64,000 bases of DNA, taken from NCBI RefSeq assembly GCF_018977255.1, contig NW_024704742.1, positions 8,310,001 through 8,374,000 of the forward strand. The letters are read 5' to 3'. Positions 24,551 to 37,499 of this stretch are shown here, piece after piece. A model generated the notes under the pieces. That model saw nothing but the letters and a program-made list of their open reading frames with translations, did not search any database and was not told where the DNA came from. Every line of letters begins with the position of its first letter. Position 1 is the first letter of the stretch. The position numbers and the translations under genes are program-made. This DNA is from Callorhinchus milii. Lineage: Eukaryota.

Positions 24551-25925
24551 GAAATTAACTAATTTAAATTAATTTCACTGTTGTGGCCTCAATGATACCT
24601 GCCTTGACACTCTTCCCTGTGTCCCCCTGTGCATCCATTTTCTTTTGCCTCCCCTTCCCAAAAGTGTCATCACCCTCACTGGTATTAGGAACAGAGAACC
24701 GGTTTGTGAGTGCCAAACTCTCAGGGGATTTCTGCACTGCCTGTCTCTCTTGGCTGTCATTGACACACAAAGTATCCTGGAGTTCCCACATGGCACACAA
24801 TATGCATTCAACAGGTCTTAGCTGCCCTGCCATATTCCCAGACATGTTTTATATTATTTTAATATAAATATTACATATTTTATAATTATTCACCTCTTTA
24901 CCCCTCTAGACCAATTCCCACTCTCACCAAATTCCTGCTCAGAATACCCATTCTGTTTCAGAATAAGTGGGTAAACAAGTAATTTCACACCTTTTGTCCC
25001 TAACTCACACCTATTTAATACTTAACACCTACTTTCTCAGGTATGTATATGAGGGAAAAAAGTTCTCACCTGCACCTCCTTCCCCCTCTGCACCGAATTC
25101 CCACTCTAACCAAATTCCTCAACAGAAGTTTCACTCAGTTCCCTCCTCAATCTGCTGAGTTCTCCCCTTGAGTGAGATGCTCGGAAATCTCCCCTTTATA
25201 TAGACCCCATGACACAACCAGTTTCAACTGGTCAGCAAATTAACTAATCCCTAATACCCGGCCTGTGACCAACTGCCAATTTGACTTGTTTGCCTGAAAA
25301 GATCTCTCTTGCTCAAGAAAAAATTCCTACTCTTTTGCTGAAAGAAAGAATTCTCTTTTGCCCCCTAGTTCTCTCTTGCTCAACAATTCCCACTCTTAGC
25401 AAAATCCTTAACAGAAGTCTCACTCTGTTCTACCTCACTGAGTTCCCTGCTCACTCTGCTGGCTCTCTGTTCACTATGTTATACACAAAATCACATTATT
25501 CCGGGAAACATTCCAAGATAAATAAAACAGGAGACACAGCAGCGATTAGCCAGTCAAAAGGCAAGAACAAATTTGAAAATCAAATTAATTGAAAACTAAT
25601 TTGACCCCCAATCCAAATGACACCCATGATGGCTAAACAAGAGCTGCAGACCTACTCCATTTAATCTGGTGACAAGGGGTAGAGGCTGAGACTATCAGGA
25701 TTATCCAAATCAAGGATAGTGTAGAGGTGCTCACAGTAATTGGTAAGGGCGTCATGACGGGCACACATATGAGAACTGTTAAAAGAAATACAGGCTCCAA
25801 ATACAGCAGTGAACTGAAGTGCTGGGCAGCCACAAATGCTCCCTGGATTCTACAAAGCACAGGTAGGTGGACAGGTGTGTAAGTGGACAGGTGTTTAGTT
25901 GGACAGGTGTGTAGGTGGTCCTGAC

Positions 25926-26111
25926 CTGAGTGCTGCAGGTGGTTGGACAACTCCATTGTGTGGAGAATGTTCATGAGCTTGGTGTTGTTGTAGGCAGAGT
26001 CAAAAGGGGGGAAGTTCTCTCCTGTCATCTGTGTGAAGTCAATCTTCCCTCGAGCATGATTCAGGGAGGAAACATTCACAATGCGAGCCAAAGTCGATAG
26101 CTTCAGCTTCT
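25926..26111 (-). CDS. RDH-like SDR exon 4 (catalytic Ser and YxxxK)
   Basis: (E)KLKLSTLARIVNVSSLNHARGKIDF...AYNNTKLMNILHTMELSNHLQHS; 186 nt. Confidence 0.92.
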
Positions 26112-26694
26112 CTATAACACAGCATGAGAGGGTGTGAGAGCCCAGCACAGCTCAGCCTAGCACAGCCCAGCCTATCACAGCCCCAGCCCAAGCCCCTAGG
26201 CCCACCAGCCCAGCCTGGCCTAGCCCAAACCCCAGCATAACCCCAAGCCCCAGTCCAGCCCCTAGTACACAGCACAGTCTCCAGCCCAGCTCAATCCCCA
26301 GTGCAGCCCCAAGACCAGCCCAGTCCCTAGTACCCAGCCCCAGGCCAACCTCTAACCCAGACCCCAGCACCCAACACAGCCCACAGCACAGCCCACAGCA
26401 CAGCTCACAGCCTCCAGCACAGCCCAATCCCCAGCCCAACAATCCAACCCCCAAACCCCAGCCCAGCAACCTGCACAGCCCCCAACCCAGCCTAGTACCC
26501 AGCCCCAGCCCAATCTCTAACCCAGACCCTAGCACCCAGCACAGCCCACCACAGCCCTCAGCCTCACGCCTGCCCCAGCCATTCCCCCAGTCCAGTCTAA
26601 CCCTCCAGAAGTTTTCCCCTCCCCCCACACAAACAGCCTGAGCTGGGCTGTGTCAGGGAACCTGTGCAATGCAGAAGAGGGTGGCAGTGCTTAC

Positions 26695-26784
26695 CCAGCA
26701 ACAGGTTTGTGAGGAGAAACGGACCCAGGCAGTTGGTGGCAAAAGTGAGTTCTAAACCATCTGAGGTTATTTCTCGCTTCAGCC
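26695..26784 (-). CDS. RDH-like SDR exon 3
   Basis: (G)LKREITSDGLELTFATNCLGPFLLTNLLL; 90 nt; AG and GTAAG boundaries. Confidence 0.92.
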
Positions 26785-26823
26785 CTGAGAGTGAGAAGCA
26801 AACAGTTGTTTAGCCACCTGTAA

Positions 26824-26980
26824 ACACAGAGACGCGCGGCACACAGAGACACGCGGCACACAGAGACGCGCGGCACACAGAGACGCGCGGCACACAGAGA
26901 CACGCGGCACACAGAGACGCGCGGCACACAGAGACGCGCGGCACACAGAGACGCGCGGCACACAGAGACGCGCGGCACAC
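26824..26980. repeat. CpG-rich 17-mer minisatellite (ACACAGAGACGCGCGGC)n in RDH intron 2
   Basis: About 9 copies fill most of a 205-nt intron. Confidence 0.93.
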
Positions 26981-26989
26981 AAGAGATAC

Positions 26990-27229
26990 CTGATGCTCCT
27001 GCGTTATTTATGAGAATATCCAGTTGTTTCTCCTCCTTGTTGATCTGCTCTGAGAACCTGCGGACAGACTGCAGGGAGCTGGTGTCCAGGATACGCAGAT
27101 GAACGTTGTGATTGCCTGTCTTGTGACGTATCTCCTGCTCTGTGTTCCGCCCTCTATGCAGATTGCGACAGGCAAGAATCACACGAGCATTTCTCCGGGC
27201 CAGATCCATGGCGATTTGTTTCCCGATCC
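26990..27229 (-). CDS. RDH-like SDR exon 2
   Basis: (G)IGKQIAMDLARRNARVILACR...LDILINNAGAS; 240 nt. Completes the TGANTGIG Rossmann motif and contains NNAG. Confidence 0.93.
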
Positions 27230-27631
27230 CTACACACGCGGTCAGAGACAGGCAGAAGAGAAGTGTCAATGTTCTGACAGGGTCGGCTTCACGTCTCTGA
27301 CCCTGGGCTAGAGCCCCTAAAGCCCTTGTGTTAATCCTGTCCAGCACACACCCAACATCCCAACCCTTGCCTGGCGAAAACAGAGGGGCCCCCAAACCAT
27401 GCATGAAGCTTCTTGTGGATCTGGGTTCATGGAAATTGGTGTGAGTGAGGACACAGGGTTGAGGATTCTGCGTATTACAATGTCACTGCTGGCCTCCCGA
27501 AACCCTCATAAACGCCTTCATTATTTTGAGGCTTGACTATGCAAACTCCCTGCTTGTCGGCCTCCCCAACTCCTCCCTCCACAGGATGCAGATCATCCAG
27601 AACTCTGCAGCTCGTGTCCTCTCCCGCACTA

Positions 27632-28633
27632 TGTTGGAATATAACAATATCAGGAATTTATAATGGAATATTATTCAGGATTATGTTATGTGAATATGTA
27701 TAATTTTATGTTAAATGTTGACGGTCATGGGATAGGACACATCTGGTTTTCTGTTTCTGAAGGAATAACAAGACAGCCTTGGAAAAGGGCAGGAGGTCAC
27801 CTCTTAACAACAAGCCCACAGAGGTAACGGACCAAGATACCGGTCAACACAAAATCTCAGTTTAGCAATAAGTCTCCAGATTCTGACAGGGACTGCCAAG
27901 CAACAGAAGGCAACCCTCAAGAATAGGAACTAATGAGCAAGTTGTTTAAACTGGAGGACTTTGGTACCATCCCAGGATACTGACAAGTGATGACCATTCA
28001 CTTAAAAGAAATGTACTAATGATCCCACATAACAAAATAATGAGCACCAGATACAGCCCTAAACCGATCGATCATCTTAGACAGGATAAAGGGAAGACCT
28101 TGTGGAGACTCAGTCAGGCTGCCACCAAACCACATGATTGATTAACCTGAGTACGTGACTGTATCAGAAGTGGGTAGAGGGGCCCTAAGAAAAGGACACT
28201 TGGAAAAGGGTATAACTACCCCAGGTCTAGGGAGAACAGATGGAAGATCAAGACGACTCAAGAGAGGGAGATAGTCAGTCTGGGAGCAGAGATCAGAGGG
28301 ATACCATAAGTTTGTGAGTATATCACTGAGCTGCTCGGGCTCAAGAGAGGGAAGACAAAGAACTGCTGTTCCTGACTCCTTTAAACTGGCATTATGAGTA
28401 TTTCTTAACTGCATGTAACCAATATGTTTTTAGTATAATAGTCAAATATAATCGTTAAACTTTGATATAATCATTGGATTCCAGTATTGCTTATTGGATC
28501 ATTTACTTTTCTTTGTATGGTATGACTGATATTACTGTTGGGCATCGAAATAAAGCATTCAAAGGTGTGTCACGCCATATTTGCTATTTGTCGAGTCTTT
28601 TGATCGAATTCAGGATTCATTTTTTTCCCAACA
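27632..28633 (+). mobile_element. Solo LTR (~1 kb) inserted in an L2 fragment
   Basis: TGTTGG...CCAACA inverted termini, AATAAA at 28549, and an imperfect 4-bp TSD (ACTA/ACCA). The L2 sequence is continuous across the insert. Confidence 0.78.
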
Positions 28634-29052
28634 ACCAGGCTCCGTGACCCTGTCACCTCATCCTCGCCCAACTCCACCGGCTTTCCATCACACAGAGGAT
28701 ACAGTTCAAGATCCTGGTCCTCACCTTCAAAGCCCTCCATGATCTTGCTCCCTCCTACCTCTCCGACCGCTAATCCCCTACCATCCTGCTTGCTCCCTCC
28801 GCTCAGCGGGCTCCGGTGTGCTTCACGTCCCCTGTCTCACTTGCCCCACTATTGGCGAGGGCGGGCGGGCCTTCCCCCACTCTGCACCCAATCTCTGGAA
28901 GTCTATCTCCCATTCCCCCTGTCTCCTCTTCGACCTTGCTTTCAATCTCCCTGCTTCACCCCTGCCCTCCAGCCCATCCCAATCCCCAGCTCGGGTCCGT
29001 AACTCTGTCTGTCCAGAGCCTTGGGACTTCCTCCCGAAGTGAAAGGCGCACA

Positions 29053-32000
29053 ATGTAACACACAGTCAGTGTATCACACACAGCATAACACACATAGATT
29101 GTGATACACAGTCAGTGTAACACACACTGTAGCACACACAGTGTAACAAGTAGTCAGTATAATAGTCAGTGTAACACACAGAGAGTGTAACACACAGAGT
29201 CTAAAAAACAGTCAACGTAAAATACAGTCAGTGAAACACACACAGTGTAACAGACAGTCAATGTATCATACATAGTGTAACAGTCAGTGTAACATACACA
29301 CACAGTGTAACACACAGAGATTAACACACACACACGGTATAACACACACAGATTGTAACACAGTCAGTGTAGCACACACAGTGTAACAAGCAGTCAGTAT
29401 AATAGTCAGTGTAACACACACAGTGTAACACAGTCAGTGTGTCATAACCAGTGTAACACACGGTCAGTGTAACACACAGTGTAACAAACAGTCAGTGAAA
29501 CACATACACACACACAGTGAAACACACAGAATCAGAGTATCACACACAGAGTCTGAAAAACAGTCAGTGAACACACACAGTGTAACAGTCAGTGTAACAC
29601 AAAGTGTAACAAAACAATCAGTGTAACACACAGTCAGTGTAACACACAGTCAGTGTAACACACAGTCAGTGTAACACACAGTGCAACATACACACACAGT
29701 GAAACACACAGAGTCAGAGTAACATACACATTAAAACAAACACACACACAATGTAACTCACAGGGTGTAACAGTCAGTGCAACACAAACAGTGTAACACA
29801 CAGTCAGTGTAACACACACACAGTGTAACAACAGTGTAACACACAAAGTCAGAGTATCACACACAGTCTGAAAAACACAGTCAGTGCAACAAACAGTGTA
29901 ACAAACAGTCAGTGTAACTAATACAGTGTAACACAGTAGTGTAACACACACACAGTGAAACACACAGAGTCAGTGTAACACACAGTGTAACAAACACAGT
30001 GTAATACACAGAATCAGTGTAACACATACACAGTGTAACAACACAGTATAACACACACAGAGTGTAACACACAGTCAGTAACATACACAGAGTGAAACAC
30101 ACACAATCAGAATATCACACACAGTCGGTGTATCATACAGAGTCTAAAAGACAGTCAGTGTAACACACAGTCAGTGTAACACACACAGTGAAACACACAG
30201 TGTAACACACACAGCCAGTGTATCACACAGTGTAACACACAGAGTGTAATACACAGTCAGTGTTACACACACAGTAACACACACAGAGTACAACAAACAG
30301 AGTATAACACACACAGTTAGTGCAACACACACAGTGCAACACACAGTCAGTGTAACACACACAAATGGAAACACACACACATTCAGTGTACTACACACAG
30401 TATAACACACACTATCTGTGTAACACACACACAGTGTAACACACACTCAGTGTGACACACACTCAGTGTAACACACACTCAGTGTAACACACACACAGTG
30501 TAACACACACACAGTGTAACACACACACAGTGTAACACACACAGTGTAACACACAGTTAGTGTATCACACAGTATAACACACACAGTCAGTGTATCGCAC
30601 ACAGTGTAAGGTACACAGAGTGTAACACACAGTCAATGTAATAGTGTAACACACAGTCAGTGAAACACACACAATGTAACACATGCAGTGTAACACACAC
30701 AGAGCATAATACAATCAGTGTAACACAGTCAGTGTAACACAGTTAGTGTAACACACAAAATGTAACACACACACTGTAGGTGAGGACCAGGATCTTGAAC
30801 TGGATCCTCTGAAGGATAGGGAGCCAGAGGAGTCGGGCGAGAATGGGGGAGATGCGGTCACGGAGTTTGGTGCGGGAGAGGACATGGGCTGCAGAGTTCA
30901 GGATGATCTGCAGTCTGTGGAGGGAGGAGTTGGGAAGGCCGACAAGTGGGGCGTTTGCATAGTCGAGCCTGGAGGTGAGGAAGGTATGAACAAGAGTTTC
31001 AGTGGCCTGAAGGGTGAGGTAGTGGCGGAGTCGGGCGATGTTACGGAGGTGAGGGAAGGCAGAGCGGGTCATGGCTTGGAGGTGGAGAAGAAGACAGTTG
31101 AGGGTCAAGCAAGACACCGAGGTTCCTGACTGGTTTGGTGAGTTATAGTGTGCAACCATGTGTTACACACAGTGTACACGCATGGTGTAACACGCACAGG
31201 GTAACACACAGTGTAACAGACAGTCAGTGTATCACACACAGTGTAACAGTCAGTGTAACACACAGTATACCTCACAGTCAGTGTAACACAGTGTAACACG
31301 CACAGTGTAACAAACAGTCAGTGTAATACATACACAGTAGAACACACACAGTGTAACACACACAGGTGTAACACACACAGTCAGTGTATCGCACACAGTG
31401 TGACACACGCACAATATAACGGTCAGTGTAACACACACAGATGTAACACACACAGTCAGTGTATCACACATAGTGTAACACACACAGTATAAGTCAGTGT
31501 AACAAACAGTGTAACACATAGATTAACATACACACAGATTAACACACACAGTGTAACACACACACAGTGTAACAGTCAGTGTGACACACACAGTCTAACA
31601 AACACACATATAATGTAACACACAGAGTTTAACAGTCAGTGCAACACACAGTGTTAACATGCTCAGTGAGGGTAACACATACAGTGTAACACACACACAC
31701 ACAGTGTAACATGCAAAGGCAGTGTAACACACACACATTGTAACAAACATTCAGTGTAATACACACAGTGTAATTCACAGTCAGTATAACAAACAGTGTA
31801 ACACATAGCGTCAGTGTAACACACACGCAGTGTAACACACAGACAGTGAAACACGCAGTCAGTGTAACACAAACAGTGTAACGCACACACAGTGTAACAC
31901 ACACACAGTGTAACAAACAGACAGTGTACAGTCAGTGTATCACACACAGTGTAACACACACAGTGTAAGAAAGCCAGTATAATACATACACAGAACACAC

Positions 32001-32790
32001 AGAGTGTAACACACACAGTCAGTGTATCGCACACAGTGTGACACACACACACAGTGTAACACACAGTTTAACAAACATACATAAAATGTAACACAGAGTA
32101 TAACAGTCAGTGCAACACACAGTGTAACATGCAAGGTCAGGGTAACACATACAGTGTAACACACACACAGTATTATATGCAAAGGCAGTGAAACACACAC
32201 ACAGTGTAACAAACATTCAGTGTAGCACACACAGTGCAACTCAGTCAGTATTACAAATGTAGTGAACCACAGAGTCAGTGTAACACACACACAGTGTAAC
32301 AAACAGACAGTGTAACACACACAGTGTAACACACAGTGTCAGTATAACACACATACAGTGTAACAAACAGATAATGATATAGTCAGCGTATCACACACAG
32401 TGTAACAGTCAGTGTAACACACACAGTGTAACACACACACAGTATAACACACCGTCAGTGTAACACACAGTGAGTGTAACACACAGTGAGTGTAACACAC
32501 ACACAGTGTAACACACAGAGCCAGTGTAACACACAGTGAGTGTAACACACAGTGAGTGTAACACACACACAGTGTAACACACAGTGTAACACACAGAGCC
32601 AGTGTAACACACAGTTTAACAAATGGTCAGTGAAACACACACACAGTGTAACACACAGTGTAATTCACAATCAATTAACCACAGTGAACACATAGTGTAA
32701 AACACAATGTAACAAACAGTCAATGTAACACACACACAGTGTAACACACACAGTATAAGAAACAGTCAGTGAAACACACACAGTGTATTC
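29053..32790. repeat. Degenerate (CAGTGTAACACACA)n minisatellite, interrupted by an L2 fragment at ~30775-31140
   Basis: Continuous tandem variants; the same unit recurs at 35877-36320 and 40260-40380. Confidence 0.92.
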
Positions 32791-33119
32791 GGAGGGCGGA
32801 GTGGGGTCAGCGCGGGGTGGAGATGAGGCCTTGCCAGGGTCAGCAGCCCCCGCCGCGGCATCTGTAGAAAAATCACTAATGACATCATCGTTACGTCCCC
32901 CCAAAAGACCATAAACTAACCACAATGAGCGCCCTCCCAGCCCTGCAGGCTGGCAATGTCCCATTAACCCACCACCTCTCATTCCAGCGTGCACATTTTG
33001 GATGCTGCCCCTGACCTGATCTGACAAACCCCTCAAAATTCCCCCTTCCCTGCAACTCTCCCGCTCTGTCCTGCTCTCTCTTCGCCCTCCCCGCCTCCTA
33101 TCTCTGCTTAACCCCCCCA

Positions 33120-34985
33120 TTGCTTCCCTCTGCTCCAGCCTGGGAATCCTCTGCCGGGTTCATCACATCACCATCACTGACAAGGCCATCTCTGACCAAA
33201 ATTGATGCCCTTGCCCCCCTCATCTCCCGAACTGCCTCTTATATCCTGATCCTCATTCCTCATCATGGTTCACTAGCCATCTCCGTTCGCCTAAGGGCCA
33301 GGTGTGGGCTGCCGAATGCACCTGGCTCAAATCTGGCCTAATGGTCCACCGCCACATCTGGCTGGACCTCATCAAAACCTACCTCTCAACTCTCACCTTG
33401 GCCAAATTGTCCTTCTATTCCAGGTTAATCCTTAAGACAAAGGGCAACCCCAGGCTCCTGTTCTCCACCACTAACCGGCTCCTCCGCCCTCTCCACCATG
33501 CCTTGCAGATTCTTTCCTCTGACCACCACTGCGAGAATTGCTGGATTTCCTCGAATCCAAAATCGAGGGAATCCACTCAGCTGCCACTGCCTTCCCAATT
33601 TCCATCCCCTCCCTAACCCCCGCCTACACATCGACAATTAGCCATTGCTCCTTCCACACCTTTGAACCTGTCAACCCCTCCTCTGTCTTCACAATCAAAT
33701 CCTCCATGAAATCCACCACCTGCTCACTGGATCCTGTTAAACCCAGATTGCGATGTGCGATTGCTCTTAAAGACCTGAAAACTCAACACGGAATCAGTGC
33801 GGTATACATTCAAAAAGCTTTATTTCATATATGTATGAGGTGCAGAGCGGTAGCAACAACTCTCCCAAGGTACTGCTCCCCACACTGCACACCAGAGAAA
33901 AACAACATCTGACCTTTATACATGTTCCATTTTCCCATAATTGGATGTCTGTTTCTTTCACAAAAAGAGATATGGGTCCCGGGTTCCTTAGCACAATAAC
34001 ATATACATTGATAGTTGCGAAACCAAAACAAAGCTGAGCTTACACCAAATACGAAAACATGTTTTGTCTCATTGCCTTTGCTTATTCTGTAACTTTTGCG
34101 ATTGCCCAAAGATGTTACATTGCCACACTTTCCACAGACCCCATCCCCACCTCATCCTTAAATCCCAGCTCCACCTCCTTGCCCCACTACTTGCCGGCAT
34201 CATCAACTTCTCCCTGTCATCTGGCACTGTTCCTTCCTCCCTCAAAACAGCCACTATCACCCCCACCTTGAAGAAACCTTCCCTTGATCCATCACAACTA
34301 ACCAGCTACTGACCCATCTCAAATCTCCCCTTTCTATCCAAGGTCCTTGCTCTGGTCAAGGTCAAAATGACATCCTGACCATGTGTGACCAGGGCTCCCT
34401 CTGTCTCCTCGTCCTCCTCGACCTCTTTGTTGCTTTTGACACTGTGGACCATTCAACCCTCCTCCACCGCCTCTCCTCCCATCTCTACCTTCAATGTTCT
34501 GTCCTTGACTGATTCAGGTCCTACCTTTCACACTGCCTCCACTTCATCGCAGCAAACGGCTTCTCCTACAGCCCCCGCAATGTCATGCAGTGTCCCTCAG
34601 GGCTCTGTCCTTGACCCCTGCTCTTCACCCTCTACATGATCTCCCTTGGTGACATCATCCGCAGACATGGGGTAAATTTCCACATGTCACCCAACTCTAT
34701 CTTTCTGCTTTCACCCTCAATTCCAGAACTACTGGCATCCTGACCGACTACCTGTCCGACATCAAGTCCTGGATGAGGGACAAGTTTCTCCAACTCATCG
34801 TCAGCCAGACCGAGGCCCTCTTGATTGGCATCCGTGGCTGCACACTCAACCTCACTAAGCCAGTCAGGAACCTGGGTGGCTTGTTTGACCCTGAACTATC
34901 CTTTCTCTTTTACATCCGCGCCATGACTGGCACCGCCTGCCAGCACCTCCGTAACATTGCCAGACTCCGCCACCGCCTCACCCCT
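33120..34985 (+). mobile_element. L2 LINE fragment
   Basis: KTKGNPRLLFSTTNRLL, LKTATITPTLKKPSLDP, VPQGSVLDP, HLRNIARLRHRLTP. Confidence 0.85.
33735..34136 (-). mobile_element. Solo LTR-like insert (402 nt) within L2
   Basis: TG...CA ends, GATCC/GACCC flanks, minus-strand TATAAA (33920) and AATAAA (33824); splits the L2 codons CSLDP|IP. Confidence 0.68.
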
Positions 34986-35033
34986 CAGTGTGACACACAC
35001 AGTATAACACACACAGTGTAATACACATACAGT

Positions 35034-35356
35034 AGAGTCCTGTAGCTCAGTGATTAGAGCACTCGCTTTGCAAGTGAGAGACCTGAGTTCAATTCCAGGC
35101 AGAGGGCGAAGCCTTGGGCAAGTTTCCTTACTCCACACAGAGCCTAATAATAATCCCTCCAAAAACCAAAAACAATAATAAATTGGTCATTTTCAATCTA
35201 CAACTGTTTGTGGGACATTGCTGTGCACAATTGGCTGCCGCGTTCACCCACAAATATACAGTCAATTCACTTTACAGTGTGTTCTGTGAAGCGCTTTGGG
35301 ATGTCCTCCCAACGTGAAAAGCGCTATATCAAATGCAAGGATTATTATTATTATTA
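35034..35356 (+). mobile_element. Young SINE, short subfamily
   Basis: Near-identical to 11797-12120. Confidence 0.9.
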
Positions 35357-35445
35357 TAACACACACAATCAGTGAACATATGTGGTGAGTGTCACATGGA
35401 CAAAGATGAATGCTGTGAGGACAGTGTGTGACTGTTGGATCCTAC

Positions 35446-35602
35446 CTGTGTTTGCTCCAGTAACAATCACAGTTTTCCCAGTGAGTCTCACTGGACAGTC
35501 TTGGGGTTTCCAATAGCCTTTTCTCTGCCACTTGACAACAATAATCAAAATAACCGAAACAAGAAACCAAAGTGGGTGACAGATGAGAGAAATCCACTCC
35601 AT
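35446..35602 (-). CDS. RDH-like SDR exon 1, proximal copy (full model 972 nt, 323 aa)
   Basis: MEWISLICHPLWFLVSVILIIVVKWQRKGYWKPQDCPVRLTGKTVIVTGANT(G): membrane anchor plus start of the cofactor motif; GTAGG donor; phase 1 fits exon 2. Confidence 0.88.
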
Positions 35603-36939
35603 AATGTCGTCCTTTCAAATGCCGGTTGCAATACAGTTTCTCTGAAGACTTTACTTCAGTGCAGGTTAATAATTAATATAACAATGTGTGCAAGCTCAAT
35701 GTTTAGATTTCAGTTCATCCAAATATCCTGGGACACGCACGGTGCATTACCCTGGAAATCAACAATTTATAGTTGTTCAAACAGTACACGCAGTTGTTAT
35801 TTAAGCCATATCTATTCCATGCCCAAACACAAAGCAGATTAGAAATTTCGTCATAACAACATTCCAGATAAAGTAGGTGTAACACACGCATGGTGTAACA
35901 CACACAGAGTGTAACATAACATAGCATAACATGTAGGAGCAGGAGTAGGCTATTCAGCCCTTTGAGCCTCCCCCGCCATTCAATCATGGCGGATCTTCTA
36001 ATCTAACTCCAGCTAATAACCTGACCCCGCCTTATCCCATATCCCTAATCACATTTGCAATAAGAAATATATCTATCTCAGCCTTGAATATGTAACACAC
36101 ACACAGTGTAACAAACATTCAGTGTAACACACACAGTGAAACTCACAGTCAGTATAACAAACAGTGTAACACACAGATACAGTGTAACACATATGCAGTG
36201 TAACACACAGACAATGTAACACACAGTGTAACAGTCAGTGTAACACACAGTATAACACACAGTGCAACACACACAGTGTCAGTGTAACACACACACATTG
36301 TAACAAATAGACAGTGTAAGAAAAAGACATTTGTGTTTACATTCATAAAAGGAACATATTAAAAAGCTTGTAGGGCAGACAGTAATCACTAACTGTGTGT
36401 GGCGTTCACTATTTTTTATTGTGTCTGGGCCTAGGACAGCATGGTGCTTGGCTGACTATTCCTGTGTAGTTACCAGGACTTCAATGTCCCAACAGAATCA
36501 TAGAATCATTGAATTATACAGCACAGAATGAGGCCATTTTGTCCATCGTGTCTGTGCTGGCTCTTTGAAAAGAGCTAACCAATTCAATCCCACCCCCGCT
36601 CCTTATCCCATAGCCCTGCAAACTTGTCCTCCGCAAATAATTATCAGCTTCTCTCTTGAAAATTGTTATCGAATCAGTTTCCCCAACTCTTTTCGGCGAG
36701 ATGCGAACAACTCGCTGGGTAAAATTTTTTCCTTACTTCGTTTAACAAATATTTTAAGTCGATGTCCTCGGGTTACTGCCCCACTCGCCAGTGGAATTAT
36801 TTTGAATCTACTTCATTGTATTCATACTTCAGGATACACGTAAATGAAGTTCCCTGCCTTTCAAATCATTCCTGCTTTCAACATGCAGCTGGGATTTTTG
36901 ATGTTGGTTTCTGCAGTGGTGGTGATGGTGGGGAGGCGT

Positions 36940-37499
36940 TGTAAGTAATGAATTCTGGGGCAGCACCTCGACTGGATTTAAATGCGCCTGAAGGTTTGTG
37001 TGACATTGACATTGATAGAGGAAAAAGATGTTATGGTATGTTTAAAAAACTATATCGTAGCTTGTGCCCTGGCCTATCTGCTTTTAAGCAGATATAAGTA
37101 AGTAGGTTAGACTTGTTATTGTAGAATTCGGTTATCTGAAGGCCACAGTCTAAGGAATGGCGGGTGATAACATAGAAATGGCCTTCAAGCAAAACCGTAA
37201 GATTAGTGCAGTTGAAACTAACTGAAGCAAGAAATGTGGGTAAACGTGCAGCAAACATGATTGGTCTGTAAGGAAAAACACCCCTTCTGTGTATTTTTGT
37301 GTACGCCTGTATAAAACTTAATTGTACCGACGAAGAGGATCTTTTGTCTGACAGGGAGTCATTAGATCCTATTTGTATACGGGAACAATTGTGTGCTCCT
37401 GTGTACAAGTAGAAATAAAAACCCATTCTTTGTTTCTTAAGTTTACTTGGATCAGATTTTTTCTCTCCAAATACAGACACATAATTCGCGGATCTAACA
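36940..37499 (+). mobile_element. Possible solo LTR
   Basis: TGTAAG...CTAACA ends with internal TATAAAA and AATAAA in the expected order; no clear TSD. Confidence 0.4.

Larger units (their letters stand above)
19545..25100 (-). mobile_element. Long CR1 LINE (ORF1 zinc-finger/esterase plus ORF2 EN/RT), interrupted by an L2 and SINEs
   Basis: ORF1 MAGQLRPVECILCAMWEL (24845) and CLPGARVEDV...VHVGIHDVG (22370-22000); EN GGGVAILIK, LGVYYRPP, IMGDFNYP, PTRKEAVLDLVL; RT start ANVTPLYKKG. Confidence 0.85.
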
